A stretch of DNA of 44,945 bases from an uncultured Corynebacterium sp. (GTDB lineage Bacteria; Actinomycetota; Actinomycetes; Mycobacteriales; Mycobacteriaceae), in assembly GCA_946222625.1 (NCBI GenBank), contig CAMILJ010000001.1:1-44945 (forward strand). Reading direction: 5' to 3'. Numbering within the stretch: the stretch's first letter is position 1; each line of letters begins with the position of its first letter. The position numbers and the translations under genes are program-made. Shown in pieces: positions 9,306-19,240 of the stretch. A model generated the notes under the pieces. That model had not been told where the DNA came from. It did not search any database and saw only the letters and a list, made by a program, of their open reading frames with translations.

Positions 9306-12300
9306 TAGATACTCCCAACCAGATTCTCAAACCCAACAGTAGCCTGACGGCGGAAACGATCCGCAGCGTCCTGGGCACTATTGGCCACAATGTTGCCAAT
9401 CGTCTGATTGACCGTAACGCCACCCGTAGAGGTCACCGACTGAGACTGAGCCACCGAGGCGCGGTGCTGGCGCACAGCATCCATACCCGCATTGAACCGA
9501 GCCATCTCCTCGTCGTTCTTCTTATTCTGCGAGTCAATAGCCTTGCGCAGTCGCTTAGCGTCACCATAAAGCTCCTGCTGCTGCTTAGCCTCATCGGCGG
9601 CACGCTGCTTTTCCCGCATCCGCTTCTCAGCCTCAGACTTAACCTTGCGCTCCTCGTTGTACTTGTCGCGGTAGTCACCCTCCAACTCACGACGACCCTT
9701 ATTCACGTCTGAGATGATCTGGTTGTACGCCGCGTTCGACGGGTTGAACATGTTGTACAGCGGAATGTCCCGCAGCTTTGTAGCCTTCAACCCAATCATG
9801 TCAGCGGCCTCACCCGTATAAGAATCCGTGACGTAGCGGCTGACCTTGCTATATGGGTACTTAATCTGCTCGCCGGCGGCAAGCCAGTTGTTCACATCCT
9901 TCGGGTCACTAAGGATCTTCTGCGCAGCCTTAATCCAGTCCTGCGAGTTCAGCGCCTTCTCCAAGTCGATAGGCGCATCCGGATCGTCCAGCATCTCACC
10001 AGTGATAATCGCCTGCTTAACATGCTCCGGCAAATCACGACGCTTATCAAACTCATGCTGCATCCAACCCGGCGCGGCATCATAGACCTTTTGTTGTTCC
10101 TCGGTCAGGGGGACTGATTGGTTCTCTAGGGCGCGCAGCGCCATGTATGAGGTTGGGTTGGGGTCGTCGTTGCGGTCGAGGTAGGCGCGCATTCCTACGC
10201 GTTCGTTGATGAGGCCTGCGCGGTCTACGGCGCGTACGGCGTCGTCGTGGTCGACGTCGGTGTCGGCGTAGATGAATTGGCCGTCCTTGAAGCCTACGAG
10301 GCGACGGGCATAGCCTTCGTCCTTGAGCTGTTTGATTTCTTCCTCGCGGGCTAGGGCGCGCTCGTACTCGGCAATGAGGGCGGGGCTGGCTGGCTCCTTC
10401 TTCTTCTTTGATTTGCTCTCCTTGTCCTTCTCTTCGGCGCGCTCGGCAGCCTTTTGGTAGGCCTTGGCGGTTGCTTCTTGGCGTAGGCGTTCGCGGCGCG
10501 CCTCGGGGTCCTCCTTCTTCTTCTTCTTGTTTCCTCCGCTGGTTTTGCCGCCGCCCCAGTAGCCGGGCAGGTCTAACAACTGGGTCAGCTGCTCCAAGCC
10601 CGGAAGCTTCGTAGTGCGGATTAAGTCGCTAATGACCGCGCCCCATACCTGCTCGGGTGAGCCGGAGTTGACTGCGTTGAGTGTGTTGTCATACTCGTTG
10701 GAGCGCTTGGCGTTGATTACCCACTCGTCCTTGTTGAGGCGAGCTACCGGCAAGCCGGTGGTGTCATCGAGCGCTAGGAAGCCGTCAGTGACTTCGGTGC
10801 CCGGACCTGTGGAAGGCAGTCGGTAGCCCTTGTGCTTGTCACCCTTGGCGTATGCGGGGATACGGGCGAACGAGCCGCCAGTGAAACGTCCACCTGTGGC
10901 ACCAAAGACCTGTGATAGGCCCGGCGCGTTGATAGCGCCGACTGCGTTTTGTACAGAGCGGACGGTGACAATGGTGTGGATTGAGGTGGTGTTCTTTCCC
11001 TCAAGTGCGGAGATAGCTGCGGCAACAGCCAGAGCGTTGTCCTTGATCTGGTGCTTAGAGTTCGTGTTCTGCGAGTTCAGGGTTTGAATGTCGTTGAGGA
11101 CTTGCTGGGCGTTGTCATTGACTTTGTGTTCCGAACTAGTTGAGTTGCCGTTGAGCTGCAACAGGGAGGCCATAACTTCGTCAACGTTGTCGTTGAGAAC
11201 AAACTTGCCGTCGATCATCTTGCCCGCATCCAGGGCAATAAGCGCGGACTGTACTTCTTCCGCGTTGGTGTCAAGAACGACTTGGCCGTTAATGTTTTGT
11301 GCCTTCAGCCCGAGGTCATTGAGCTTGTTTACAGCTTCATCGACGTCGCCATCCTGCACGTCAATGGTGACAAGCTTGCTTGCCATGCCCTCCAGCTTGG
11401 CGAGAATGTCATCCAAACCCTGCGCCTGGAAAGCAACGTCACCAATCTCATCCTTGCGCGCCTTGAGCACGTCAATAGCGCCAAGCAGGTCCATGGCGTT
11501 CGGGAACTGGATCTCAAAGTTGCCGTCCTTAAGTTCGGTGACTTCCGCACCTAGCTGCTGCAACTGGCTGCGGGCCTCCTCAGTTCCCTCACCCTTGACC
11601 ACAATGGTCTTCTCATCTGGAATGTCCACAACCGAATCACCCAGGCGAGCAAACACCGCAGCCGTAGCATGGGCGGACTGGGTGGCGTTCTGGAATCCAC
11701 CACGCAGTGCCTCGACATACAGCTGGGTGCGCGAGAGTTCGTCTGCGCCCTCTCGGAAAGCCTGCGTGTCTAAGGTGGCGGGGTCTTGTGAGAGTTCCTT
11801 GAGCTTTGCTTGCAGCTGAGTGGCGGCATTGATGGAGGACTCAATCTCGGCAAGGTTGGTTTCAGACCCCATCGTCCACTCGCGTCCGCGACCCTTACGC
11901 CCATACATCGGCCCATCACCAAGATCGCCCCAGGCCTTGTCGGACAGATGCTTGGAGCGGCTGTTATTACCGGCTTGGATACGATCGGTCATCTCGCGCA
12001 GGTTGCCGGTCTGCTTCTCTTTCCACTTCTGCGAACCAGGACCACCAGTCAACTCGTTAGCCTTCTCCGCCAAGTCAGCAACCTTGCTGATCATCGGCTC
12101 AAGACCCTGAATGATCGGGGTGAGCGTGGACATGCCGTCACCCATGATCTTGATGAAGTCATTACCAATGTTGGTGATAGCCTCGCCGTTTTGCTTCCAG
12201 AAGTCTTGGAAGGCGGGGATCGTATCCGTGACAAAGGTCTTGCCCCACTCGCCAATAGTGGAACCAATGTCCTTGGTTGTCTCCACCGTGTCCTTGAAGA

Positions 12301-15300
12301 AGGAGGCGATAGCGTCATGCCCGCCGGCACTATTAGCCCACTCGTTGAACTTGTCGAGCTGGCCCATCATGGCTCCCCACATGCCGCCCTCGCCAAAGGC
12401 GGCATTAGTGCCATCAATCACCCCGTCGAAGAAGCCACCCAAGCCCTGCCACGCAGTCTTAGAGAAGTCCCCAATCTTGCGGAACCCATCGACAGCCGAA
12501 TCCATCCACTGCTCCATCCGCCCATCTTGGCTCCACTCATTCCACGAGTGCATGAGGTTGCTAAACCCATCAGCCAAGGACGGCAACAGCCGCTCCGCAC
12601 CCACAGCGGACGCGCGTACGAAGAAATCCGTGAAGTCCTCCATACCAGGTGCCATGCGGGCAAACCCATCGCCCGCAGCCTTAACGGTGCGCTCAATGTT
12701 TTCCGAGACACGCTCCGAGCCAATAGTGTCCACGAAAGCGCGGCCAAGCTCGCTGACACCGCGCGCTGCCTCCGGCAAGGAGCGCTCCAAGGCGGGGATA
12801 GTATTCTCGGTTACTCGGTCAAAGGAGTCAGCCCACCCCTCCCAGAAGTTATCCTGAACCTTGCGAGACAGCGGCTCCATCGAATCATTCAGGCGGGAGA
12901 ACGCATCCACCATGGCCAACGCATTAGGCGTGCCCGGATCATTCTCGTCACCGAATCCCTTAAACGCCATGGCCACCGTGCCAGCTGCAACACCCAGCGA
13001 CGACAACATAGCCGGGGCAAACGCAATACCCTTCAACGCTTGGGCAAACGGCTGCAACGCAGTAGTTGCCATACCCAACGAGCCAGCCACCAGGTTGCCC
13101 GCGCCACCAGCCAAAGCTCCGACACCGCCGAGCTTCATGCCCACACCGTAGGTCTTAGCACCCACATCAAGAATCGAACCAAGCGCCGCACCGTATGGGT
13201 TACGCTTCAGCGCGCCAGTAGCCTTACTCAGGCCACCGCCCTTGCCGCTACCGCCGCCACCAAGCAAGTCACCACCAGGACCACTAACCAAGTCAGTGCC
13301 AATACTGGTAACTTCCCCGTGTGCGTCACGCGCGGTACGCCCCAGCCCGCGCCCAATGTTCGTCGCGGTTTCCGTACCACTCTTGAGAGCGTCCCCAGAC
13401 TTACCCGCCAACTGTGAGGCAGTATTCGAGGTGAAGTTCAAGGCAGCATCCGCACCCAACCCCAACGGCTTGAGCAAGTCGCGCATGAGGTTCTTGGCCA
13501 TGTAGCCCACCGTTCCGTCACGACGGTTCGGCTTCAACATGGTGTCAAAGGCCTTGTCGAAGAAGGAAGGCCCAGTCAGATCCCAGTCAAAGTCCATATC
13601 CCGCAGACGACGCGGCCCACGCCCATGACGCTCACGCTTCACATCATCCAGGGTCAGCTGCTTCCAGTTGGGGTCCTTAGCAAAGCCCTCAACGTTGCGA
13701 CGCTTTAACTCCTGCTCCAGCGGGGTGAGGTGATCAAGGTTAGTGTTCACCAACTCCTCATGCGTCTTAGCAAGGGTGCGCTCCAGCTTGCCTATTTCAG
13801 TGTTTAGCTCGGCCTGCTTGCGCAGCGAACGCTCCCCCGCATCCAACTGACGCTCCGTCAAACGGATACGCTCAAACTCAACAGCGGTGGCTTTATCCAC
13901 ACCCGTCAACGCCACATGGTCGCCACGTGCGGCAAGACTGTTCGAATCGTGCGCTGCTGCACGTGCCGCAAAGCGCGCCTGCTGCTTAGCCAAGAAATCC
14001 GCATGACGCAGCGCGTTCTGAACCAAACGTCCAGTATGCAAGGCTGCATCCTCCGACGCCTCAGGCGTGCCACCGACACGACCCCGGCGCGCCTGCCGCA
14101 GCTCCAGTGCCGCGTTGGAACCGCCGCCGCTCATGGAGCGCAGGTGGGTGATCATTTCTTCGAGGTGTTCGAGGTCGCGGGGTGCCCATGCCTTCCAGCG
14201 CTGCATGAACTCTTCGCGGCGTTGAATGTCCTCGACCTGCATTTGGTAGGTCTGCCCAATGGAAGCGTTGCGGCTCATGTAGTCTGCCGCGCGGGAGCGC
14301 TCCAGCATCTCTTGGGCGCGCAGGGTGGATTGGATCTTCTCCAGTTGGCGCAGTCGGCTTCCCTCATCGCGGCGGCGCTCACGACGCAGAGCATCGAACT
14401 CATCATGCAATGAGTCCACGAGGTTGTCCCACTTGTCGCTGGCCATAGGCGCGGTTGAGGAACGCGCAGGTGTCGCACTATCCACATCCGTATCCACCTG
14501 TGTTGGCATGGGTGTGTCGGTGGAGACGTCGGCTACGTCAACCTTCGTGGGTTGGCGTTGGTGCACGCTGGCACCCGTATCAGCTAGGTCTCCTCCTGCG
14601 GCAGCGCCGCCGGTGTTTTGGTTGACGACGTAGACCTTTTGTACCTCGGGGAAGTCCACCTTGAATGGGCGCTGAGCATCCACCTCGGGGGCTTGCAGCT
14701 TGTCGAGGGAGTCCTTAGAAAGGGTGACCTCCATCGGTGTATCGCGGTCCAGCCAATCGTTGACGACACGTACATCCATTGGCGTGCTGCTGTCACGCTT
14801 GCGGATAGCGTTCACGTCGTCATCGTCGAAGACGTCCTCCAGGCGCAGGGTGGGGTCCAAGTCGTCCCACGCGTTCTGCAAGGCTTGGCCCAAGTCCTCA
14901 GCAAAGCCATTAAACCGTGTCTCGCCGGTCAGGATCTCCACCATGCGCGGGCGGGTGAGACGGTCGAGTTTATCCTCCACCTTCTTTGTGGCGTACTCGC
15001 TTAAGTCCGGGCGGATGGTGACCGTCTTCTGCTTATCAAGACCGGCATCTAGGTCATCCCAGTTGGTCTTGATGTGGACTTCTTTTTCAAGGGTGCGCTC
15101 GTCCAGCTCGTCACGGATAGCTTTCTGGCCGGCCTGGCCAGAGCGCTTGACCCTAACGGTGATGGTCTTGGTTTCGTCCTTGGTGAGCTTCTTGAGTTCA
15201 GCTTGGGCTTCCTTGACCTTCGCCTTATCAATCTCGGGCTTAATGTCCCAGACGTAGGCCTTCTTGTTGGGGTCCCACGAATCCCCCATGGTCTCATCTA

Positions 15301-15889
15301 CAGAGTCGCTGAACTCCGCGATCCGGTCACGGATCTCCGAGTCGTCGTAGTTGAAGGTGATGGTGGTGACAGCCTTGGCCCACTTGTCAATGTCGGCCTC
15401 AAGGTCCTCAGTGTCCAGGGCGAGCTTGACCTTGTGCTGGCCTCGGCGCACATCATCATCTTCCAAGCCCCGAATCAGCTTCAACGCGTCGGTAAGCCCA
15501 CGGTCGTTGAGGCGAATGTTTACCTCACGGTCGTGGGTGAGTGCGGCAAGCTCAGCTTGCACTTGCCGCTTGTCTGCATCCGACAGGCGCACACCCACAG
15601 TCAGCTGCATACCGGCAACAGACGCACGCAGTTTCTTGCGGAAGTCCTCAGCGTCAGGGTTGACCTTAACCTTCACCTTGTCGGTGTCGGCGGACTCCAT
15701 CTGCTTGTTGAGGTCATCGGCAAACTTATCCCGGTCAATCTCCGGGCGCACCTTAACCTTCGGCTGCTTATCCGGATCGTCATTGTCCTTGAACTTGTCA
15801 CGGATCTGCCGCTCTAGCTTGTTGTAGAAATCCTTGGTCTCGGGCTGAACCGAAACCCACGCATTACCGACATGTGCGCCGTTAGCCAT
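9305..15889 (-). CDS. Tape measure protein
   Basis: 2194 aa; N-terminal VGNAWVSVQP; Ala/Gly-rich helical core with periodic W/F; follows the tail chaperones. Confidence 0.93.
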   Translation of the reverse strand: MANGAHVGNAWVSVQPETKDFYNKLERQIRDKFKDNDDPDKQPKVKVRPEIDRDKFADDLNKQMESADTDKVKVKVNPDAEDFRKKLRASVAGMQLTVGVRLSDADKRQVQAELAALTHDREVNIRLNDRGLTDALKLIRGLEDDDVRRGQHKVKLALDTEDLEADIDKWAKAVTTITFNYDDSEIRDRIAEFSDSVDETMGDSWDPNKKAYVWDIKPEIDKAKVKEAQAELKKLTKDETKTITVRVKRSGQAGQKAIRDELDERTLEKEVHIKTNWDDLDAGLDKQKTVTIRPDLSEYATKKVEDKLDRLTRPRMVEILTGETRFNGFAEDLGQALQNAWDDLDPTLRLEDVFDDDDVNAIRKRDSSTPMDVRVVNDWLDRDTPMEVTLSKDSLDKLQAPEVDAQRPFKVDFPEVQKVYVVNQNTGGAAAGGDLADTGASVHQRQPTKVDVADVSTDTPMPTQVDTDVDSATPARSSTAPMASDKWDNLVDSLHDEFDALRRERRRDEGSRLRQLEKIQSTLRAQEMLERSRAADYMSRNASIGQTYQMQVEDIQRREEFMQRWKAWAPRDLEHLEEMITHLRSMSGGGSNAALELRQARRGRVGGTPEASEDAALHTGRLVQNALRHADFLAKQQARFAARAAAHDSNSLAARGDHVALTGVDKATAVEFERIRLTERQLDAGERSLRKQAELNTEIGKLERTLAKTHEELVNTNLDHLTPLEQELKRRNVEGFAKDPNWKQLTLDDVKRERHGRGPRRLRDMDFDWDLTGPSFFDKAFDTMLKPNRRDGTVGYMAKNLMRDLLKPLGLGADAALNFTSNTASQLAGKSGDALKSGTETATNIGRGLGRTARDAHGEVTSIGTDLVSGPGGDLLGGGGSGKGGGLSKATGALKRNPYGAALGSILDVGAKTYGVGMKLGGVGALAGGAGNLVAGSLGMATTALQPFAQALKGIAFAPAMLSSLGVAAGTVAMAFKGFGDENDPGTPNALAMVDAFSRLNDSMEPLSRKVQDNFWEGWADSFDRVTENTIPALERSLPEAARGVSELGRAFVDTIGSERVSENIERTVKAAGDGFARMAPGMEDFTDFFVRASAVGAERLLPSLADGFSNLMHSWNEWSQDGRMEQWMDSAVDGFRKIGDFSKTAWQGLGGFFDGVIDGTNAAFGEGGMWGAMMGQLDKFNEWANSAGGHDAIASFFKDTVETTKDIGSTIGEWGKTFVTDTIPAFQDFWKQNGEAITNIGNDFIKIMGDGMSTLTPIIQGLEPMISKVADLAEKANELTGGPGSQKWKEKQTGNLREMTDRIQAGNNSRSKHLSDKAWGDLGDGPMYGRKGRGREWTMGSETNLAEIESSINAATQLQAKLKELSQDPATLDTQAFREGADELSRTQLYVEALRGGFQNATQSAHATAAVFARLGDSVVDIPDEKTIVVKGEGTEEARSQLQQLGAEVTELKDGNFEIQFPNAMDLLGAIDVLKARKDEIGDVAFQAQGLDDILAKLEGMASKLVTIDVQDGDVDEAVNKLNDLGLKAQNINGQVVLDTNAEEVQSALIALDAGKMIDGKFVLNDNVDEVMASLLQLNGNSTSSEHKVNDNAQQVLNDIQTLNSQNTNSKHQIKDNALAVAAAISALEGKNTTSIHTIVTVRSVQNAVGAINAPGLSQVFGATGGRFTGGSFARIPAYAKGDKHKGYRLPSTGPGTEVTDGFLALDDTTGLPVARLNKDEWVINAKRSNEYDNTLNAVNSGSPEQVWGAVISDLIRTTKLPGLEQLTQLLDLPGYWGGGKTSGGNKKKKKEDPEARRERLRQEATAKAYQKAAERAEEKDKESKSKKKKEPASPALIAEYERALAREEEIKQLKDEGYARRLVGFKDGQFIYADTDVDHDDAVRAVDRAGLINERVGMRAYLDRNDDPNPTSYMALRALENQSVPLTEEQQKVYDAAPGWMQHEFDKRRDLPEHVKQAIITGEMLDDPDAPIDLEKALNSQDWIKAAQKILSDPKDVNNWLAAGEQIKYPYSKVSRYVTDSYTGEAADMIGLKATKLRDIPLYNMFNPSNAAYNQIISDVNKGRRELEGDYRDKYNEERKVKSEAEKRMREKQRAADEAKQQQELYGDAKRLRKAIDSQNKKNDEEMARFNAGMDAVRQHRASVAQSQSVTSTGGVTVNQTIGNIVANSAQDAADRFRRQATVGFENLVGSI

Positions 15890-15904
15890 TGCCTACTCCT
15901 TAAT

Positions 15905-16354
15905 TCACCACGTCTCACCAATGAGCTGCATCAATGCTTCATCCAGCGTGTCCTGCGCGACCTCATGCCGCAGTTTGTCCAACGCCGTCTCAGGACGAGG
16001 CGACGGCTCCGGCGGCTGTGCCTTCGCATTAGCCGCCGTGACATAAATCAGCTGCCGCAACAAATCCGTCACATTACGCAGCTGCTGGTAGGTAGGTGTT
16101 TCGTCAGTAAAAGGCAAGTCCAACTCGCCCTCATCCAACCGGCGATACTCCGGGTCCTGAGACTCCTCAGCCAACAACAGCTCAGCAAGCCCACGATCCT
16201 TTAGCACCAAGTTGCGATACTCCGACGCAGTAGGCAGGCGCTCCACCAAGCGCAACAGTTTGCCCCACGGCAAGCGGCCACGGAAGAAATCATGAATGTC
16301 CAACCCCCACCTCGTGTGGAAGTCGGCCTCCAACTCCGCGCCCGCGTAGTCCAT
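15905..16354 (-). CDS. Tail assembly chaperone, frameshifted C-terminal part (gpT-like)
   Basis: Reached in frame by a -1 slip at CCCAAAA in the upstream gene. Confidence 0.85.
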   Translation of the reverse strand: MDYAGAELEADFHTRWGLDIHDFFRGRLPWGKLLRLVERLPTASEYRNLVLKDRGLAELLLAEESQDPEYRRLDEGELDLPFTDETPTYQQLRNVTDLLRQLIYVTAANAKAQPPEPSPRPETALDKLRHEVAQDTLDEALMQLIGETW

Positions 16355-16362
16355 GAGATGAA

Positions 16363-16713
16363 TTACTCTTCGGAATCGTCGGATTCTTTTGGGGCGTCAG
16401 TGGACTCAAACACCAGATTGAAGTGCTCGCTGATAGCGTCCACCAAATCACTCAAGACCGGCATGGGCTGCTCGCGCAGCATCTCCGATAGGCGCGGCCA
16501 ATCCTTCGCCGGGGTGACAGCCTCCATAAACTTCCACGCTCGGCCCACCGTCGGGTTGACGTCCTCCATGTGGAACGTGGTCAGAAACAGGCCTGTGGGC
16601 ACGGACTGAATCGTAATGTCCTTCTGTTTGCCCGGCATTTCCAGCACAAACGGCTCCAGCTCGTAGCGGGATAGAGCCTCATCGCGCAAAGATGCGAAGC
16701 TTACTTTAGCCAT
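16363..16713 (-). CDS. Tail assembly chaperone (gpG-like)
   Basis: Between major tail and tape measure genes; GGAGG RBS precedes MAKVSF. Confidence 0.85.
   Translation of the reverse strand: MAKVSFASLRDEALSRYELEPFVLEMPGKQKDITIQSVPTGLFLTTFHMEDVNPTVGRAWKFMEAVTPAKDWPRLSEMLREQPMPVLSDLVDAISEHFNLVFESTDAPKESDDSEE
16387..16393 (-). other. Programmed -1 frameshift slippery site C CCA AAA
   Basis: Zero frame GCC CCA AAA GAA; the -1 frame runs open (RIRRFRRVIHL) into MDYAGAEL. Confidence 0.85.
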
Positions 16714-16836
16714 GTCAACCTCCAAGATGTGCAACAAAATACGGCTAGGGCCAGCCTACCCCATACAGGGAGACTGACCCTAGCTGTTCGATACCAACCA
16801 GTGAGGACGTCTTTATCCTCACTTAGGGACTATACG

Positions 16837-17592
16837 CTAGCCCTCGGAGCCGGGAACGTTAGTCTCAGAGTCGGTGCCGGGAACGTTAGTCTCAGAGTCG
16901 GTGCCGCCACCTTCGAGAACCTTATCCGCCTCAGCGGCACTAAAGCCCATGGCGGTAAGACGCTTCTTAGCACCAGGGCCACCGTAGAAACGCTTGGAGG
17001 AGTAGCCCAGCTCAGAGTCCTTGAGCGCGGTCAGGGTCAGCGGGTAGGTCACCGCGTTCGCCGGGTCCCACGACTCCGGGCCACGGGTAATCATCACGCG
17101 CGGCAGGGAGCGGCCAAAGTAGAACGCGTCGTCGCCAACACCGTCCACACCAATGAAGAACGCGCGGTACTCAATGGTGCCCGGCTGCGGGTTGTCCTCC
17201 AAAGAGATCTCACCGTTCTTGCCCGGCTTGATCTCATCCATGTAGGACAGCTGGCGGTTAGCGGCAATTGCCAGGGTCTCCTTGCGGGTGTCCTGGAGGG
17301 TGGCCTCCACCGTGAGCTTGGAAGAGGTCAGGTCACGGCGAGACGGGTCCATCTCACCCCAGGTCTCGATCTCCTCGGTGGTGTCCTCCGGGGTGAAGTT
17401 CGGGGCACCGTTCTTGGCGATGCGGCCAAGGCCAACGTAGCCGTCGAGCTTCGTCAGCATCCCGTTGCTGTCGGTGAAAGTATCCGGGGCGTTCGCGTCA
17501 CGCGGGGCAAGCAGAATAGCGCCGCCGCCGACCATCTTGCGGATCAGACCATCCTTGACATTGCGGAGGTCATCGAGCTTAATATCAGCCAT
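16837..17592 (-). CDS. Major tail protein
   Basis: LGRIAKNG, EIETWG and YPLTLTA motifs; position after the tail terminator. Confidence 0.9.
   Translation of the reverse strand: MADIKLDDLRNVKDGLIRKMVGGGAILLAPRDANAPDTFTDSNGMLTKLDGYVGLGRIAKNGAPNFTPEDTTEEIETWGEMDPSRRDLTSSKLTVEATLQDTRKETLAIAANRQLSYMDEIKPGKNGEISLEDNPQPGTIEYRAFFIGVDGVGDDAFYFGRSLPRVMITRGPESWDPANAVTYPLTLTALKDSELGYSSKRFYGGPGAKKRLTAMGFSAAEADKVLEGGGTDSETNVPGTDSETNVPGSEG
16849..16905. repeat. 27-bp tandem duplication in the major tail protein C-terminus
   Basis: GCCGGGAACGTTAGTCTCAGAGTCGGT x2, encoding GTDSETNVP twice. Confidence 0.95.
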
Positions 17593-17594
17593 TG

Positions 17595-18014
17595 TTAGTC
17601 TCCTTCGACTAGTTGCTTACGAAACGCCAGCGTGTACACCATGCCGTACGTTCTCTTCGTGTGGTCAATATCGCCCACCATGCGCGGGCCAGTGTTTTCT
17701 ACGACGTCATCGACCAAGACGCCACGCACATCACGACCAGGCAGAGCATTAAGCACCGTTGCCACCTCAGCCGCCAACCGTTTCGCGTCCGCACGCTTTT
17801 CGGCTTGGACTTCAATCTCAACGGTGGCCCAACGCTCCTCATCAATCGTGTTGTACCCGTTATCCGTGACAATCACAGTTGCCAGATACTGAGCCGTAGT
17901 GTCTTGGTCCGGCTCCCACGAACCAACCCACACCAGCTCCATATCAAACGTGTCCTCAAGCAGGTTCATCACAACGTCGTCATGCGCTGGGAATCCCCAA
18001 CGTTGATCAATCAT
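17595..18014 (-). CDS. Tail terminator protein
   Basis: Position before the major tail gene; 139 aa. Confidence 0.7.
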   Translation of the reverse strand: MIDQRWGFPAHDDVVMNLLEDTFDMELVWVGSWEPDQDTTAQYLATVIVTDNGYNTIDEERWATVEIEVQAEKRADAKRLAAEVATVLNALPGRDVRGVLVDDVVENTGPRMVGDIDHTKRTYGMVYTLAFRKQLVEGD

Positions 18015-18412
18015 CGCCTGCCACCTCGCTTAAAGGACTTCACCGACGGCCTACCAGCACTACCTCCATAGCGCGGGCGCGCCCCAGGATTGACGTCACC
18101 GCCAGTGACATACAGCGCCCGAAACAATGTGCGCTCCGGGATTGGGTTGGTCTTACCACCCAACTCTCGCTGCAAGTTGTACTCGCCATATGTTTGCACC
18201 TGTGCTTGCGCGCGGTCGCGCAGATAGGTGCGGTTCGGTTTGGCTGGCTCAGCAAACACCATCGAGGCGTTACGCCCCGTGCGCTTCTTCGTTGTCGCCG
18301 TGTACTGCGCCGCCACAGCGGCACCAAGCCCACCAATGTATCCCAGCATCTGCGGGCTGTTCAGGATCATGCGGTGCTGAGAGCGGTCAGCCACAAACTT
18401 CACTAAGCGCAT
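18011..18412 (-). CDS. Neck/tail completion protein
   Basis: Basic 133 aa protein with KRTG...ELG motifs within the connector block. Confidence 0.65.
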   Translation of the reverse strand: MRLVKFVADRSQHRMILNSPQMLGYIGGLGAAVAAQYTATTKKRTGRNASMVFAEPAKPNRTYLRDRAQAQVQTYGEYNLQRELGGKTNPIPERTLFRALYVTGGDVNPGARPRYGGSAGRPSVKSFKRGGRR

Positions 18413-18415
18413 GTG

Positions 18416-18769
18416 CTACCACCTCTCCACACGATCCATAAACAGCTTCAACCCGGCCAACTGCCCGGACGGAAAGACATGAGCAATAGGGTCAGTGTTG
18501 ACCAAGTAGGCCTGCTTATCCAACAGGTTGACCACCCGATCACCTTTGCGCACATCCTCCGGCCCGAACAAGTACAACGTTGCATCCGACTCGGAGGCGT
18601 ACTGCTTGACGCCATCAGAACGCACAGTGTGCTCAATGCCTACCAAGCCTTCGACCTGGAGTGAGCAACCACCGATAGTTCCCATGCGCTGCCAGTCAGC
18701 ATCGCCCTCACGGTTGGTGCGCTTTTTACGCCACACCTCAACGTTGTCATGGCCGGTCAACATCACCAA
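18416..18769 (-). CDS. Head-to-tail stopper
   Basis: Position; DVRKGDRV motif. Confidence 0.7.
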   Translation of the reverse strand: MVMLTGHDNVEVWRKKRTNREGDADWQRMGTIGGCSLQVEGLVGIEHTVRSDGVKQYASESDATLYLFGPEDVRKGDRVVNLLDKQAYLVNTDPIAHVFPSGQLAGLKLFMDRVERW

Positions 18770-19227
18770 TCAACCCTTTCCGAATATGGAAACGGTAGCC
18801 CTGGACGATTGGTGTGCCAGTACTGCACCTCGCCAGTCCAGTGCTCGTCCCGCACAGTTTCCAGCGTGCCGAACGAGCCGAACTGTAACCCGTCGTTGCC
18901 GGCACTGCGCTCAAGAATGTCCAGCTCAGCCTTAGTAAACAACCCGGACGCAAACTCCGAAGAGTCAATGCGCGCCGAGTAGTCACCAATGGCTTGCTGA
19001 ACATAGCGGTCAGGGTTCTTAAAAGTACGCAGCGCGGCAGACAGCACAACCGCAGCAACATCATGCGGCACAGTCTCAGGAGTCCAATCAGCCTTCACCA
19101 ACGACGCAGCGATAGCTGAGGTGTCCTCCAAAATCGCGTCCACACGCTTGTGCTCAGACTCAATGAGGTCACGCCCAAGACGAATCTCAAACGCCTCACG
19201 AGACGCCAGCTTCATGCCCTGCTCCAC
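18763..19227 (-). CDS. Head-to-tail adaptor
   Basis: Follows the capsid gene; R..KNPD...Q.IGDYS and LFTKAELDIL motifs. Confidence 0.8.
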   Translation of the reverse strand: MEQGMKLASREAFEIRLGRDLIESEHKRVDAILEDTSAIAASLVKADWTPETVPHDVAAVVLSAALRTFKNPDRYVQQAIGDYSARIDSSEFASGLFTKAELDILERSAGNDGLQFGSFGTLETVRDEHWTGEVQYWHTNRPGLPFPYSERVDW

Positions 19228-19240
19228 GCCACTGTCCTAA

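Noticed and set aside
11810..13417. 535-aa and other long ORFs antisense to the tape measure gene
   Set aside because: Shadow frames of a GC-rich gene, with no RBS or protein motifs.
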